DNA of 64,000 nucleotides from Patescibacteria group bacterium (GTDB lineage Bacteria > Patescibacteriota > Microgenomatia > UBA10105 > UBA927): assembly GCA_035510735.1 (NCBI GenBank), contig DATKGN010000012.1, forward strand, positions 9,013 to 73,012, read 5' to 3'. A program made the position numbers and the translations under genes. Below the pieces are notes generated by a model. The model did not search any database and was not told the DNA's origin. It was given only the letters and a program-made list of their open reading frames with translations. This document shows positions 9,540 to 18,669 of this stretch, piece after piece. The stretch's first letter is position 1; every line of letters starts with the position of its first letter.

Positions 9540-10596
9540 TATGCATTATTGGGATATCAACACTATGAACCATATACGAAAGGGGTATTATAGTGCAGTC
9601 TATTTTAATAGAACGAAAAAAATTCTTCAGAATGAGGAGGATAACACTCCTGTGACTATGCAGATTTTTCAACGGAATGATGCGATTCTTTGTGGCGTCG
9701 ATGAGGTTACTGAATTATTGAAGGCGGGTTCGGGATATTGGGAAAGGGATACGTGGATTACTTGTTGGAAAAAACTTCGCGTTATATCACTTTGTGATGG
9801 TGATACCGTAACGTCAAAAGAACCGGTTATGCATATCAGCGGTCCATACATGTATTTTGCACACTTAGAATCTCTGTATTTGGGAATTTTTGCAAGACGA
9901 ACATTAGTGGCGACGAACACGCGGCGTGTTGTTGAAGCGGCAGCTGGTAAACCCGTCATCTGTTTTGCTGATCGGTTTGATCATTTTCTCAACCAGGAAG
10001 GTGATGGATATGCGGCGCATCTTGGTGGGGCAACAGGTGTATGTACACCGGCTCAGGCGTCCTGGTGGGATGGAACTCCTTCAGGAACGATTCCGCACGC
10101 ACTTATTGCGGTGAATGATGGAAATACTATTGACGCGGCTTTGCAATTTGCGAACAATTTTCCGGACGTTCCGCTTATCATCCTCGTCGACTATACCAAT
10201 GATTGTGTAGGAATTGCACTTTCGGTTGCTAAGAGATTGAAAAAAAGACTTTGGGCTGTACGGATTGATACGTCTTTGGATGTTGTTGACGCGTCTTTGA
10301 AAAACGTTTCGCGATCAGCGAGTGGTGTAACACCTATGTTGGTTCAAAATGTACGAAACGCACTTGATCAGGGCGGATTTTCATGGGTAAAGATTGTGGT
10401 TTCCGGTGGATTTAATCCTGATAAAATCCGGCTCTTTGAACGCATGAAAATCCCCGTGGATATCTATGGCGTCGGATCTGCACTCCTGAAAGGAGGGAAT
10501 GATTTTACGGCGGACATCGTCAAGGTGCGGGGTATTCATCAGGCAAAATCAGGACGTTCGTATAGAACAAACAAGCGTTTTCATCAAATACTGTAA
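9523..10596 (+). CDS. pncB: nicotinate phosphoribosyltransferase-family enzyme
   Basis: Weak similarity to NAPRTase-family proteins; context with pncA and nadE under an NrtR-like regulator supports the call. The track start at 9523 is GTG; ATG candidates lie at 9541 and 9565. Confidence 0.5.
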   Translation: MYNIHFMHYWDINTMNHIRKGYYSAVYFNRTKKILQNEEDNTPVTMQIFQRNDAILCGVDEVTELLKAGSGYWERDTWITCWKKLRVISLCDGDTVTSKEPVMHISGPYMYFAHLESLYLGIFARRTLVATNTRRVVEAAAGKPVICFADRFDHFLNQEGDGYAAHLGGATGVCTPAQASWWDGTPSGTIPHALIAVNDGNTIDAALQFANNFPDVPLIILVDYTNDCVGIALSVAKRLKKRLWAVRIDTSLDVVDASLKNVSRSASGVTPMLVQNVRNALDQGGFSWVKIVVSGGFNPDKIRLFERMKIPVDIYGVGSALLKGGNDFTADIVKVRGIHQAKSGRSYRTNKRFHQIL

Positions 10597-10614
10597 TTTC
10601 AAATAGGAGGATAT

Positions 10615-11154
10615 ATGTCAAAGCAAAAATATGCAGTTATTGTCGTTGATATGCTAGAGGATTTTGTTTACGGTACTCTTAAAAATGAACGGGCAAAACG
10701 GATCATTCCGCATATCGCAGCATTACTTACCCATGCGAGAAACAATCATTGGGTTGTTGTCTATGCAAATGACGCCCATTTGCCGGGTGATCCGGAGGAA
10801 AAGGTATGGGGTCCGCATGCGCTTGCGGGAAGCCCCGGTGCACGGGTTATAAAAGAACTTACGCCGCACAACGGTGATTTTGTTTTGGGTAAGCGGACAT
10901 ACAGCTCTTTTTACGAAACCGGATTAGACTTGCTGTTACGTGAAAAAGGAGTGAGTACGGTCATTATTGTCGGCCAGCATACCCATATATGTGTCCGTCA
11001 CACGAGTGCCGATGCGTTTGCAAAAAATTATTCAATCATTATTCCTGAGGATGGTGTTGAATCATTTACTGATGAAGACCATATTGGCGGACTTGCGTAC
11101 CTCAAGATGTGTTACGCGGCAACAATTGTTGAAACGGATCACCTACTACACTGA
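10615..11154 (+). CDS. pncA: isochorismatase-family hydrolase, probably nicotinamidase
   Basis: AVIVVDMLEDF...VVVYANDAH...STVIIVGQHTHICVRHTSADA carries the Asp/Lys/Cys catalytic triad context of nicotinamidase/isochorismatase. Strong SD (AGGAGGA) upstream. Confidence 0.6.
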   Translation: MSKQKYAVIVVDMLEDFVYGTLKNERAKRIIPHIAALLTHARNNHWVVVYANDAHLPGDPEEKVWGPHALAGSPGARVIKELTPHNGDFVLGKRTYSSFYETGLDLLLREKGVSTVIIVGQHTHICVRHTSADAFAKNYSIIIPEDGVESFTDEDHIGGLAYLKMCYAATIVETDHLLH

Positions 11155-11155
11155 T

Positions 11156-11923
11156 ATGGATTCTATCGATCCAAGCCGTGTTACCGCACAGCTCGTTGGG
11201 TTTATAACATCGTCCTTCAAACACGATGGGTATTCGGATGGCCTCATCGGTGTTTCCGGCGGGGTTGACTCTGCGGTAAGTTTGTCGCTTACCGTTTGTG
11301 CGATCGGAGCTGCGCATATTCATCCTGTCTTGTTGCCTTACGGACGACTTAATACTGAGGAGACGAAAGATGCACAAATGATTATTGAGTCATTACATAT
11401 TCCTTTGAATAACATTCATCTTGTTAATATACAACCAATGGTTGATGCGATCGTTGCGTATGATACGCATATGGACGACGGGCGACGCGGAAACATTATG
11501 GCGCGGACGCGGATGATGATCATGTTTGATCTTTCAAAGAAAATGAATATGCTTGTTGTCGGAACAGAAAACAGAACAGAATATCTATTGGGTTACTATA
11601 CCCGATTTGGCGATGAAGCAAGTGATATTGAGCCATTGAAACATCTCTACAAAGCGCATGTATATATGCTCGCCCACTATCTTAAAATTCCGGAAAAAAT
11701 ATGCATAAAACCACCGACAGCCGGTTTATGGTCAGGTCAAACGGATGAGAGGGAATTTGGGTTTCGATATAAAGACGTCGATGAGGTGCTGTTTCTGCAT
11801 TTTGAAAAGCATGTACCCAAAGAAGAAATTGTTCGAAGAGGATATGACATGAGTATGATAGAACGGATTTGGTGGTGGATTTCTAAGGGGGCCTTTAAAG
11901 ATAGAATGCCGCTCGTGCTTTAG
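11156..11923 (+). CDS. nadE: NH3-dependent NAD+ synthetase
   Basis: SGGVDSAV P-loop of N-type ATP pyrophosphatases (GVSGGVDSAVSLSL) and the NadE motif GTENRTEYLLGYYTRFGD. ATG at 11156 lies 1 nt after the pncA stop. The track ORF from 10967 is an in-frame upstream extension through pncA. Confidence 0.8.
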   Translation: MDSIDPSRVTAQLVGFITSSFKHDGYSDGLIGVSGGVDSAVSLSLTVCAIGAAHIHPVLLPYGRLNTEETKDAQMIIESLHIPLNNIHLVNIQPMVDAIVAYDTHMDDGRRGNIMARTRMMIMFDLSKKMNMLVVGTENRTEYLLGYYTRFGDEASDIEPLKHLYKAHVYMLAHYLKIPEKICIKPPTAGLWSGQTDEREFGFRYKDVDEVLFLHFEKHVPKEEIVRRGYDMSMIERIWWWISKGAFKDRMPLVL

Positions 11924-11999
11924 CGCTAGGTTATTGCGTCTTCTATAAACGTGTGATATTCTTCGCCCATTAGTATCTGCCACAAGAAAAGGAGCGAGT

Positions 12000-12722
12000 A
12001 TGCCGAGAGCTAAAAAATCAAAATCTACCCCGAAAAAACAGTCTCGAAGTGCCATGAAGACATTGCATGAAATGATCGATACGAAAACAGAAGACCTGAT
12101 TCCGAACGATCCGACAGCGCCGTCTGATATGCTTCGCGATCCGTCAAGGGCTGCATCGTTCCGATGGGGAGTCGTGCTTGTTCTTTTGGTGGTCATTGCG
12201 ATTGCCTATTTAGGAAACCGCGGATATATCGTTGCGGCTCTTGTGAACGGAAAGCCGATTTTTGGCTGGAATGTGAATCAGGCCATCATGTCGCGCTACG
12301 GGCAGCAGACATTAACAACGATGATCAATGAACAGCTTATTACAGAAGCTGCAAAAAAGCAGGGGGTCGTCATTTCACAAAATGATATTAGCGCAAAAGA
12401 GAACGATCTTATGAAATCATTGGGTCCAGGCGTCAAAATTGATGATGTCCTCAAATATCAAGGGATGTCACGGGCTGATTTTGATGATCAGGTACGGCTA
12501 CAGCTCATTGTTGAGAAGGTGCTTGGGAAAGATGTCGCTGTCAGCGACAGCGAGATTGCCGATTATATTACTAAAAACAAGGATACCCTGACGGCGTCCG
12601 ATGAAGCCGGGATGAATGCGGAAGCTAAGCAGGCAATCTTTTCCCAAAAGATCAATGATAAAGTGCAGACGTGGTTTAGCGCTCTCAAGGCTCAGGCAAA
12701 GATCGTCACATTGTTAAAGTAA
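12000..12722 (+). CDS. membrane-anchored SurA N-terminal-domain chaperone-like protein
   Basis: Lys-rich N-terminus, one TM helix (WGVVLVLLVVIAIAYL), then a SurA_N-like region (NGKPIFGWNVNQAIMSRYGQQTLTTMINEQLITEAA). Followed by a cyclophilin gene. Confidence 0.45.
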   Translation: MPRAKKSKSTPKKQSRSAMKTLHEMIDTKTEDLIPNDPTAPSDMLRDPSRAASFRWGVVLVLLVVIAIAYLGNRGYIVAALVNGKPIFGWNVNQAIMSRYGQQTLTTMINEQLITEAAKKQGVVISQNDISAKENDLMKSLGPGVKIDDVLKYQGMSRADFDDQVRLQLIVEKVLGKDVAVSDSEIADYITKNKDTLTASDEAGMNAEAKQAIFSQKINDKVQTWFSALKAQAKIVTLLK

Positions 12723-12728
12723 TCCTAT

Positions 12729-13421
12729 ATGCGTTCGGCGGCTCTTGTCATTTTTATTATTGTGGCAGTTGGTGTCGGAACGTGGTTTACTTTGTCACGC
12801 AGGTTTGCACCGACCCAGGGGCAACCGTCAAAAACGACGACAGTCACAAAAACAACAGATATGCCACAATCAACACCAGTCGTAAGTGGTAAAAAAACAT
12901 ACGGCGCGCCGCCGCCAATGACGATTGATGTGAATAAAACTTATACGGCGGCGATCACCACATCAAAAGGCGTTATGAAATTGACACTTTTTGCAAAAGA
13001 TACACCGGTCACGGTGAACAATTTCGTCTTCCTCGCAAAAAACGGATTTTACGATCAGACGATATTTCACCGGATTATTAAGGGATTCATGATCCAGGGC
13101 GGTGATCCCAAGGGGGACGGTACGGGAGGACCGGGGTATCAGTTCAATGATGAGCCCATAACGCGAGACTACACACGGGGAACTATCGCGATGGCTAATG
13201 CGGGACCCAATACGAATGGCAGCCAGTTTTTTATCATGCATGCTGATTATCAGTTGCCAAAAGATTATGTTATTTTCGGTTCTATAGATCCATCTGATAC
13301 TGCGAGCCTGTCTACCCTTGATGCGATTGCAAATATCCCGGTCACGATGAGCGCAAGCGGCGAACAGTCAAAGCCCATTGACACGGTAACAGTTTCCAGT
13401 ATTATGGTTGAAGAAAAGTAG
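12729..13421 (+). CDS. peptidyl-prolyl cis-trans isomerase, cyclophilin type, with a signal/TM anchor
   Basis: FHRIIKGFMIQGGDP...GPGYQFNDE...GTIAMANAGPNTNGSQFFI is a canonical cyclophilin signature. Confidence 0.8.
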   Translation: MRSAALVIFIIVAVGVGTWFTLSRRFAPTQGQPSKTTTVTKTTDMPQSTPVVSGKKTYGAPPPMTIDVNKTYTAAITTSKGVMKLTLFAKDTPVTVNNFVFLAKNGFYDQTIFHRIIKGFMIQGGDPKGDGTGGPGYQFNDEPITRDYTRGTIAMANAGPNTNGSQFFIMHADYQLPKDYVIFGSIDPSDTASLSTLDAIANIPVTMSASGEQSKPIDTVTVSSIMVEEK

Positions 13422-13436
13422 CGAACAACTGTTTTT

Positions 13437-15419
13437 ATGCACGCAATTATAGCTGGACTTATTGGGATTATTGCCTCACTCCTTTCAATTATTAGACCTG
13501 TTCCCATATCGCCCCTTAAGCTCTATTGGTTTATTCCTGACGGAGTGAGAGCTGAGCCGACACTCTTTACGGTATATAAGTGGGCAGAGGACGGGAAACT
13601 TCCCAATATTAAAAAACTCATTGATAACGGTTCGTACGGGTATTCGTATCCGAATTTTCCGAGTCACACGCCGACCAATTTCGCTGCGCTTCTGACCGGT
13701 TCGTACCCAGACGTGAACGGTGTTGACGACGGACCGATGCATGTGATCGGGAAACCGCTTGATAAAGTGGCAATTACCGGATTCAGCTCAACGGCGAAAA
13801 AAGTGCCGCCTATCTGGACGACGCTTGAACAGGTTGGCATGAAAGTTGCTATCGTTTCCGTACCGGGTTCAACACCGCCGGAGATTCAAAAAGGCGTCGT
13901 TATACGCGGGCGGTGGGGCGGATGGGGAGCTGACTTTCCGGCATTAAACTATCAGACAAAAGGCGACCTTTCTCAACGGATTCGACAGGGGCGAAGCTCC
14001 CGGTTTTTTTATTTGGGTCCGGAGTTGACACAGTATGATGACAGCGTTGAAGCCACCGGGTGGGCCACACCGCCAACATCATTTTCTCCGCCGAAAGAAG
14101 TAACGCTTGACGCGTGGGGGACGCCTGTGTACCTCTATATTTACGATGCTTCTGACGATCATACAGTCAATTACAATAAAATTGCATTTTCTCTTGACAG
14201 AGCAACCATTTTTGCTGATCTGACAACCGGCGCGTGGGGTAATTGGTCGCCGATAACGCTCAAGTGGCATGCAGGAAATCAAGAGACCGATGTGGCAACA
14301 AGCGTGAAACCGGCGGTTATAAAAGTTGATGCGGACGGGTTTTTCCGTGTACGATTATATTTTGATGCGCTCAATCGCTATATCACGATGCCAGCGGAAG
14401 CCGCGGATATTTTGGAAAAAACCGTCGGCCCCATGGTTGATTTTCCTGATAATTTTCCGGCACAACTTATCTATTATCCGGAGGACAAGAAGATTTTCCA
14501 GGATGAAGCCAACATGTCCTTTGATTGGCATACGAAGGCAATTTCTCAGGTTATCAAAAATTTTACGCCGAACGTTGTCATCCACGATATTTATACGCCG
14601 AACCAGATGCTAACCAGCCGCTGGTGGATGGGATATGTTGATCCGAAAAGTACCCGCTATAATGATGTATCGCAGGCAAACCGGGATCAGTTATGGCAGG
14701 AAGTACAGGGCATGTATAAACAGCTTGATACGATGGTGGGGGAGATTATCAACAATTCCGGACCGAATACCTATATCGTATTTAGCTCCGATCACGGAAA
14801 TGTACCGCTCAATACGTATGTTAATCTCAATAATCTTTTTGCGAAAAACGGATGGTTGAAATTTACCATCAACCCGAAGACAGGAGAGCCGATTATTGAT
14901 TGGGAACATTCCCAGGTCATCTATCTCAAGATGGCGCATGTGTATATAAATCCCAACGGGCTTGGCGGAAATTATTCAAGGGGATCAGGACCCGCGTATG
15001 AGAAATTACGAAACGACGTCATTAAGACGCTGACAGATCTTGCCGATGATAAGGGGGTAAAACCGATCGTTGATATTGTTAAATGGGAAGATGCAAAACA
15101 ATATCTTCAGATGGATCCGGACCGCGCAGGCGATCTTATTATCGCAAACGCCCCGGGGTATGGATTTAACGAAGAAATGTCCAATGACTTAGCCTTATTT
15201 TCCATTCCCGATGTGACCGGATACAAACAGGCAATTATCGCGCGAGATGATCCCGGTATGTGGACACCGTTTATTATCGCAGGTCCCGGGATCAAAGCGC
15301 ATCATTACTTGGGAGATACGCCGTTCTCTTTGGTTGATCAATATCCGACGATTATGAAAGCGCTTGGGGTGCCGATCCCCGGTTTTGTTCAGGGGAAAGC
15401 CCTTGACGTGTTCAAGTAA
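13437..15419 (+). CDS. alkaline phosphatase / nucleotide pyrophosphatase-phosphodiesterase (type I phosphodiesterase) family protein
   Basis: 660 aa with an N-terminal TM helix; YPNFPSHTPTNFAALLTGSYPDVNGV and FSSDHGN fit the metal-binding motifs of the AP/NPP superfamily. Confidence 0.55.
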   Translation: MHAIIAGLIGIIASLLSIIRPVPISPLKLYWFIPDGVRAEPTLFTVYKWAEDGKLPNIKKLIDNGSYGYSYPNFPSHTPTNFAALLTGSYPDVNGVDDGPMHVIGKPLDKVAITGFSSTAKKVPPIWTTLEQVGMKVAIVSVPGSTPPEIQKGVVIRGRWGGWGADFPALNYQTKGDLSQRIRQGRSSRFFYLGPELTQYDDSVEATGWATPPTSFSPPKEVTLDAWGTPVYLYIYDASDDHTVNYNKIAFSLDRATIFADLTTGAWGNWSPITLKWHAGNQETDVATSVKPAVIKVDADGFFRVRLYFDALNRYITMPAEAADILEKTVGPMVDFPDNFPAQLIYYPEDKKIFQDEANMSFDWHTKAISQVIKNFTPNVVIHDIYTPNQMLTSRWWMGYVDPKSTRYNDVSQANRDQLWQEVQGMYKQLDTMVGEIINNSGPNTYIVFSSDHGNVPLNTYVNLNNLFAKNGWLKFTINPKTGEPIIDWEHSQVIYLKMAHVYINPNGLGGNYSRGSGPAYEKLRNDVIKTLTDLADDKGVKPIVDIVKWEDAKQYLQMDPDRAGDLIIANAPGYGFNEEMSNDLALFSIPDVTGYKQAIIARDDPGMWTPFIIAGPGIKAHHYLGDTPFSLVDQYPTIMKALGVPIPGFVQGKALDVFK

Positions 15420-15462
15420 ATTCTTCGATCTGCTACAATGGGTTAAAGAGAGGGTGATATCT

Positions 15463-15747
15463 ATGCCGTGGTATCTAGGAAATAACGTCAGCGTACACAA
15501 TATGTGGTGGGGCGGTGGCTGGCTTTGGTCTATACCAGGTGTATTTATCTTTTTAGCAGCTTGGTCCGTGGTATGGACGGGATTAGCGCTTTGGCATGCC
15601 GGACGACGGTGCGAGAAGTGGTGGTTTATATTTTTCTTATTGGTTCATACTGCAGGCATAGCCGAAATTTTGTACCTTGTATTTGTGGCTAAAATATTTT
15701 CATCGGGAGCAAAACCAATTACCAAAGGACGGAAAAAATCCCGTTAA
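15463..15747 (+). CDS. small two-TM membrane protein (resembles DUF5652)
   Basis: MPWYLGNNVSVHNMWWGGGWLWSIPGVFIFLAAWSVVWTGLALWHAGRRCEKWWFIFFLLVHTAGIAEILYLVF; ATG at 15463 with a GAGAGGG RBS. The track start at 15364 is an upstream in-frame extension. Confidence 0.45.
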   Translation: MPWYLGNNVSVHNMWWGGGWLWSIPGVFIFLAAWSVVWTGLALWHAGRRCEKWWFIFFLLVHTAGIAEILYLVFVAKIFSSGAKPITKGRKKSR

Positions 15748-16853
15748 TGCGAGTTCCGGTGATTTCTGCCCAAATACTTCGTATGAAGACGTGGCAAAAA
15801 CTCAAAGAGCATCCTCAATTGTGGAACCGGTATTTTGTGAGGGAAAAAGTCCTGACTGCCATACGAAGATTTTTCCAAGACCGTAAGTTTCATGAAGTAG
15901 AGACGCCCATTCTCATCGCCCGTCCGCCTGCGGAAAGTTATCTCGAAGTATTCGAAACGACACTTCTTGACCGCGCCCGTAAACCCTCAAAAGCCTATTT
16001 ATCGACGTCTCCCGAGGTACCGCTTAAAAAACTCCTCGTCGCGGGCATTGGAAATTGCTTTGCCCTGACGAAAAGTTTCCGCAATACCGAAACGCAGAGC
16101 GATCTTCATAACCCCGAATTTACTATTCTTGAATGGTATCGGGTCGATGCAGATTACAAGGATATTATGGAAGATTGTGAAGAGTTGCTGCTTTTTATCA
16201 ATACGTATCTGGAGCGTATGGGGAATAATCCGTATAACCTGCGGCCCACGGAACTCATGTATCAGCATAAGCATGTCGATCTTTCCCCGCCGTGGGAGCG
16301 GCTCTCCGTGGCCGGGAGTTTTGCAAAATGGGCTCATATTGATTTTGAAGAGTTTTTTGACTTCAAAAACGCCAAAAACATCGCAACAAAGAAGGGATAC
16401 CGGGTTGAAAAACAAACGACATGGGAGGAATTATACAATCAGATTCTGCTCAACGAAATTGAACCGCATTTGGGTCGGGGGAGACCTACAATTTTGTATG
16501 ATTTCCCCTCCGCGATGGGGGCGCTTGCAAAGAAGAAAAAAGACGATCCCCGATTCGCCGAACGGTTTGAATTTTATATTGAGGGACTTGAACTCGGAGA
16601 TTGTTACAGTGAACTCACCGACGCCAAAGAGCAGAAGGAGCGGTTTGATAACGAGCTTGCCGAAATTAAACGGCTCGGGAAAACGTCGTACGAGTACGAT
16701 CGCGATTTCATCGGTGCATTAAAGGCGGGGCTCCCGACGTGTAGCGGAATTGCCGTCGGTGTTGACCGACTTATCATGCTTTTTGCCAATGCGAAAAAAA
16801 TACAAGACATTTTATTTTTTCCGTCTGAGGAATTATTTACCAAAACGTCATGA
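15747..16853 (+). CDS. epmA: EF-P lysine aminoacylase EpmA-like / class II lysyl-tRNA synthetase-related protein
   Basis: Class II aaRS core motifs (RFFQDRKFHEVETPIL; GNCFALTKSFRNTE...HNPEFTILEWY; a C-terminal motif-3-like GIAVGVDRL). It is too short for a full LysRS, lacks an anticodon-binding domain, and sits near efp. Confidence 0.55.
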   Translation: MRVPVISAQILRMKTWQKLKEHPQLWNRYFVREKVLTAIRRFFQDRKFHEVETPILIARPPAESYLEVFETTLLDRARKPSKAYLSTSPEVPLKKLLVAGIGNCFALTKSFRNTETQSDLHNPEFTILEWYRVDADYKDIMEDCEELLLFINTYLERMGNNPYNLRPTELMYQHKHVDLSPPWERLSVAGSFAKWAHIDFEEFFDFKNAKNIATKKGYRVEKQTTWEELYNQILLNEIEPHLGRGRPTILYDFPSAMGALAKKKKDDPRFAERFEFYIEGLELGDCYSELTDAKEQKERFDNELAEIKRLGKTSYEYDRDFIGALKAGLPTCSGIAVGVDRLIMLFANAKKIQDILFFPSEELFTKTS

Positions 16854-17308
16854 ATATCCGCCTGGCGAACCTGAAGGATCAGGAGAAGGTATTGCTGCTC
16901 CTGAATGAGCTCGGAGAAGTTATTAATGAGGTTGTCCGTTTCGATCCTGATAATGTCCGCGCACATGAATTAGGCAGGGAGAATTATAAACAAGCGATGA
17001 GTAGAGAGGACAGGAGGGTATTTATTGTTGAGCATGAAGGTGATGTAATCGGGGTTGCAACGTTTTTCATACTCACGGATTTCATTACCGGCCGCGCGTT
17101 TGCCCATATCGATGATTTTGTTATCAAAAAAAAGTTTCGGGGAAAAGGGATCGGGGCCAAACTTCTCACATTCATCAAGGAATATGCCAAGAATAATCAC
17201 ATTCGTACCGTCAAGCTCACCTCAAGTCCCCAGTTGACCCGGGCATATAAATTTTATAAACGACACGGCGGAGTCTTTTCCCAGCGGGTGATTAAATTTG
17301 AGGTATAA
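16850..17308 (+). CDS. GNAT family N-acetyltransferase
   Basis: IGVATFFI...FVIKKKFRGKGIGAKLLTFIKEYAKNNHIRTVKLTS contains the GNAT acetyl-CoA binding motif (R/Q-x-x-G-x-G/A). Confidence 0.7.
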   Translation: MNIRLANLKDQEKVLLLLNELGEVINEVVRFDPDNVRAHELGRENYKQAMSREDRRVFIVEHEGDVIGVATFFILTDFITGRAFAHIDDFVIKKKFRGKGIGAKLLTFIKEYAKNNHIRTVKLTSSPQLTRAYKFYKRHGGVFSQRVIKFEV

Positions 17309-18004
17309 ATGGCAGATCAGATAAAAAATGTCATCGCTTCAATCCCTCCCTCCGTTACCGTTGTTGCGGTTACGAAAACATTTCCGTTTGAGCGGGTGCA
17401 GGAAGCGTACACCCAAGAAGCGCGGCATTTTGGAGAAAACAGAGTTCATGAGGCAGAGGAGAAAATTATCTTAGCTCATCAAAACAATATGCGCGACATC
17501 GCCTGGCACATGATCGGGCACGTGCAGGGGAATAAGGCGAGGGACGTTGCAAAACTATTTGATTGTGTCGATTCAGTTGATAGTATTGATCTTGCAAAAC
17601 AACTTGATAAGGAAGCGGCAAGCGCAGGGAAAAAACTGCGCATCCTTCTTGAGGTAAATTTAAGCGGTGAGCTCACGAAGTACGGCTTTGATCTAGCTCA
17701 TTGGGATGGGCAAACGGACAAACGGGACCGGTTTCTGGCGACTATTTCTGATTTGACCCGGTTTTCCAATATTACCATTGAGGGTCTCATGACGATGCCG
17801 CGGTATGTTACCAATCCGGAGGATAACAGGGCCATTTTTCAATCCATGAAAAAACTGTCAGAGACACTGCGTACACAGACTCCGGGTTTTGGATCGGAGC
17901 TTAGCATGGGAACCAGCTGTGATTACCGTGTTGCAATAGAAGAAGGGGCGACTCAGGTGAGGTTGGGGGAGGTATTGTTCGGTAAAAGACCTGTTGTACG
18001 GTAA
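17309..18004 (+). CDS. yggS: YggS-family pyridoxal-phosphate homeostasis protein (alanine racemase N-domain fold)
   Basis: VAVTKTFPFERVQEAYTQEARHFGENRVHEAEEKI...WHMIGHVQGNKARDV matches the YggS/PLPHP family. Confidence 0.75.
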   Translation: MADQIKNVIASIPPSVTVVAVTKTFPFERVQEAYTQEARHFGENRVHEAEEKIILAHQNNMRDIAWHMIGHVQGNKARDVAKLFDCVDSVDSIDLAKQLDKEAASAGKKLRILLEVNLSGELTKYGFDLAHWDGQTDKRDRFLATISDLTRFSNITIEGLMTMPRYVTNPEDNRAIFQSMKKLSETLRTQTPGFGSELSMGTSCDYRVAIEEGATQVRLGEVLFGKRPVVR

Positions 18005-18021
18005 ATTACCTTCACACTCCA

Positions 18022-18050
18022 TTGAAAACAGCCCGATCCGGCGGTATAAT
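18022..18050 (+). promoter_or_regulatory. sigma70-like promoter upstream of efp (TTGAAA - 17 nt - TATAAT)
   Basis: TTGAAA at 18022-18027 and TATAAT at 18045-18050 with a 17-nt spacer. AAGGGGGA RBS at about 18071, 8 nt before the efp ATG at 18087. Confidence 0.5.
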
Positions 18051-18086
18051 ATGATTAATCTCCAGTAGTAAGGGGGATTTTTATTT

Positions 18087-18650
18087 ATGAGCACCATCAC
18101 GACCGCACAATTTTCTAAAGGAATATTTATTGAATTTAAGGGTGAACCTCACCAGATTGTGGACCTTACCTTCGTCAATCCCGGCAAGGGGTCGGCGTTC
18201 GTCCGCGTCAAGCTTAAATCCATAAAAACAGGAAAAGTGCAGGAATTTACGTACAAATCCGGCGAGTCGGCGGAAGAAGTCGTCATTAACACCCAGGAGA
18301 TGCAGTATCTCTATAAAGAAGGGGATAAGTATATTTTCATGGATAATATGTCGTATGAACAATTTTCCGTTCCTGAGGCAATGCTCGGGAATTACGTCAA
18401 TTACCTGAAGCCGAACGATACCTATCAACTCCTTATTAACGGTGAAGATGCCGTCGGCATGCGGTTTCCCAAAAAGGTGCATTTGAAAGTTACCGAAGCT
18501 GATGACGGGGCAAAGGGTAACACCGTTTCGGGAGCCACAAAGACCGTCGTTGTTGAAACCGGCGCCGTCATCACCGTTCCTCTTTTTATTAAACAGGGCG
18601 AAATTATCGCCATCGACCCCGAGACCGGCACATACCTCGAGCGAGGATAA
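18087..18650 (+). CDS. efp: translation elongation factor P
   Basis: MSTITTAQFSKGIFIEFKGEPHQIVDLTFVNPGKGSAFVRVKLKSIKTGK... The conserved modified Lys in the KPGKG loop is present. Confidence 0.85.
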   Translation: MSTITTAQFSKGIFIEFKGEPHQIVDLTFVNPGKGSAFVRVKLKSIKTGKVQEFTYKSGESAEEVVINTQEMQYLYKEGDKYIFMDNMSYEQFSVPEAMLGNYVNYLKPNDTYQLLINGEDAVGMRFPKKVHLKVTEADDGAKGNTVSGATKTVVVETGAVITVPLFIKQGEIIAIDPETGTYLERG

Positions 18651-18669
18651 AGGGTGTTACAATTACCCC

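Noticed and set aside
10967-11923. 318-aa version of nadE that starts inside pncA
   Set aside because: The extension upstream of 11156 is in the nadE frame only because no stop intervenes. It overlaps the well-supported pncA ORF in another frame, and the NadE family N-terminus begins at the ATG at 11156 (MDSIDPSRV...), directly after the pncA stop.
18502-18669. N-terminal 56-aa extension of the alpha/beta hydrolase overlapping efp
   Set aside because: It overlaps the 3' end of the highly conserved efp gene. The hydrolase fold begins at the ATG at 18670, which has its own context.
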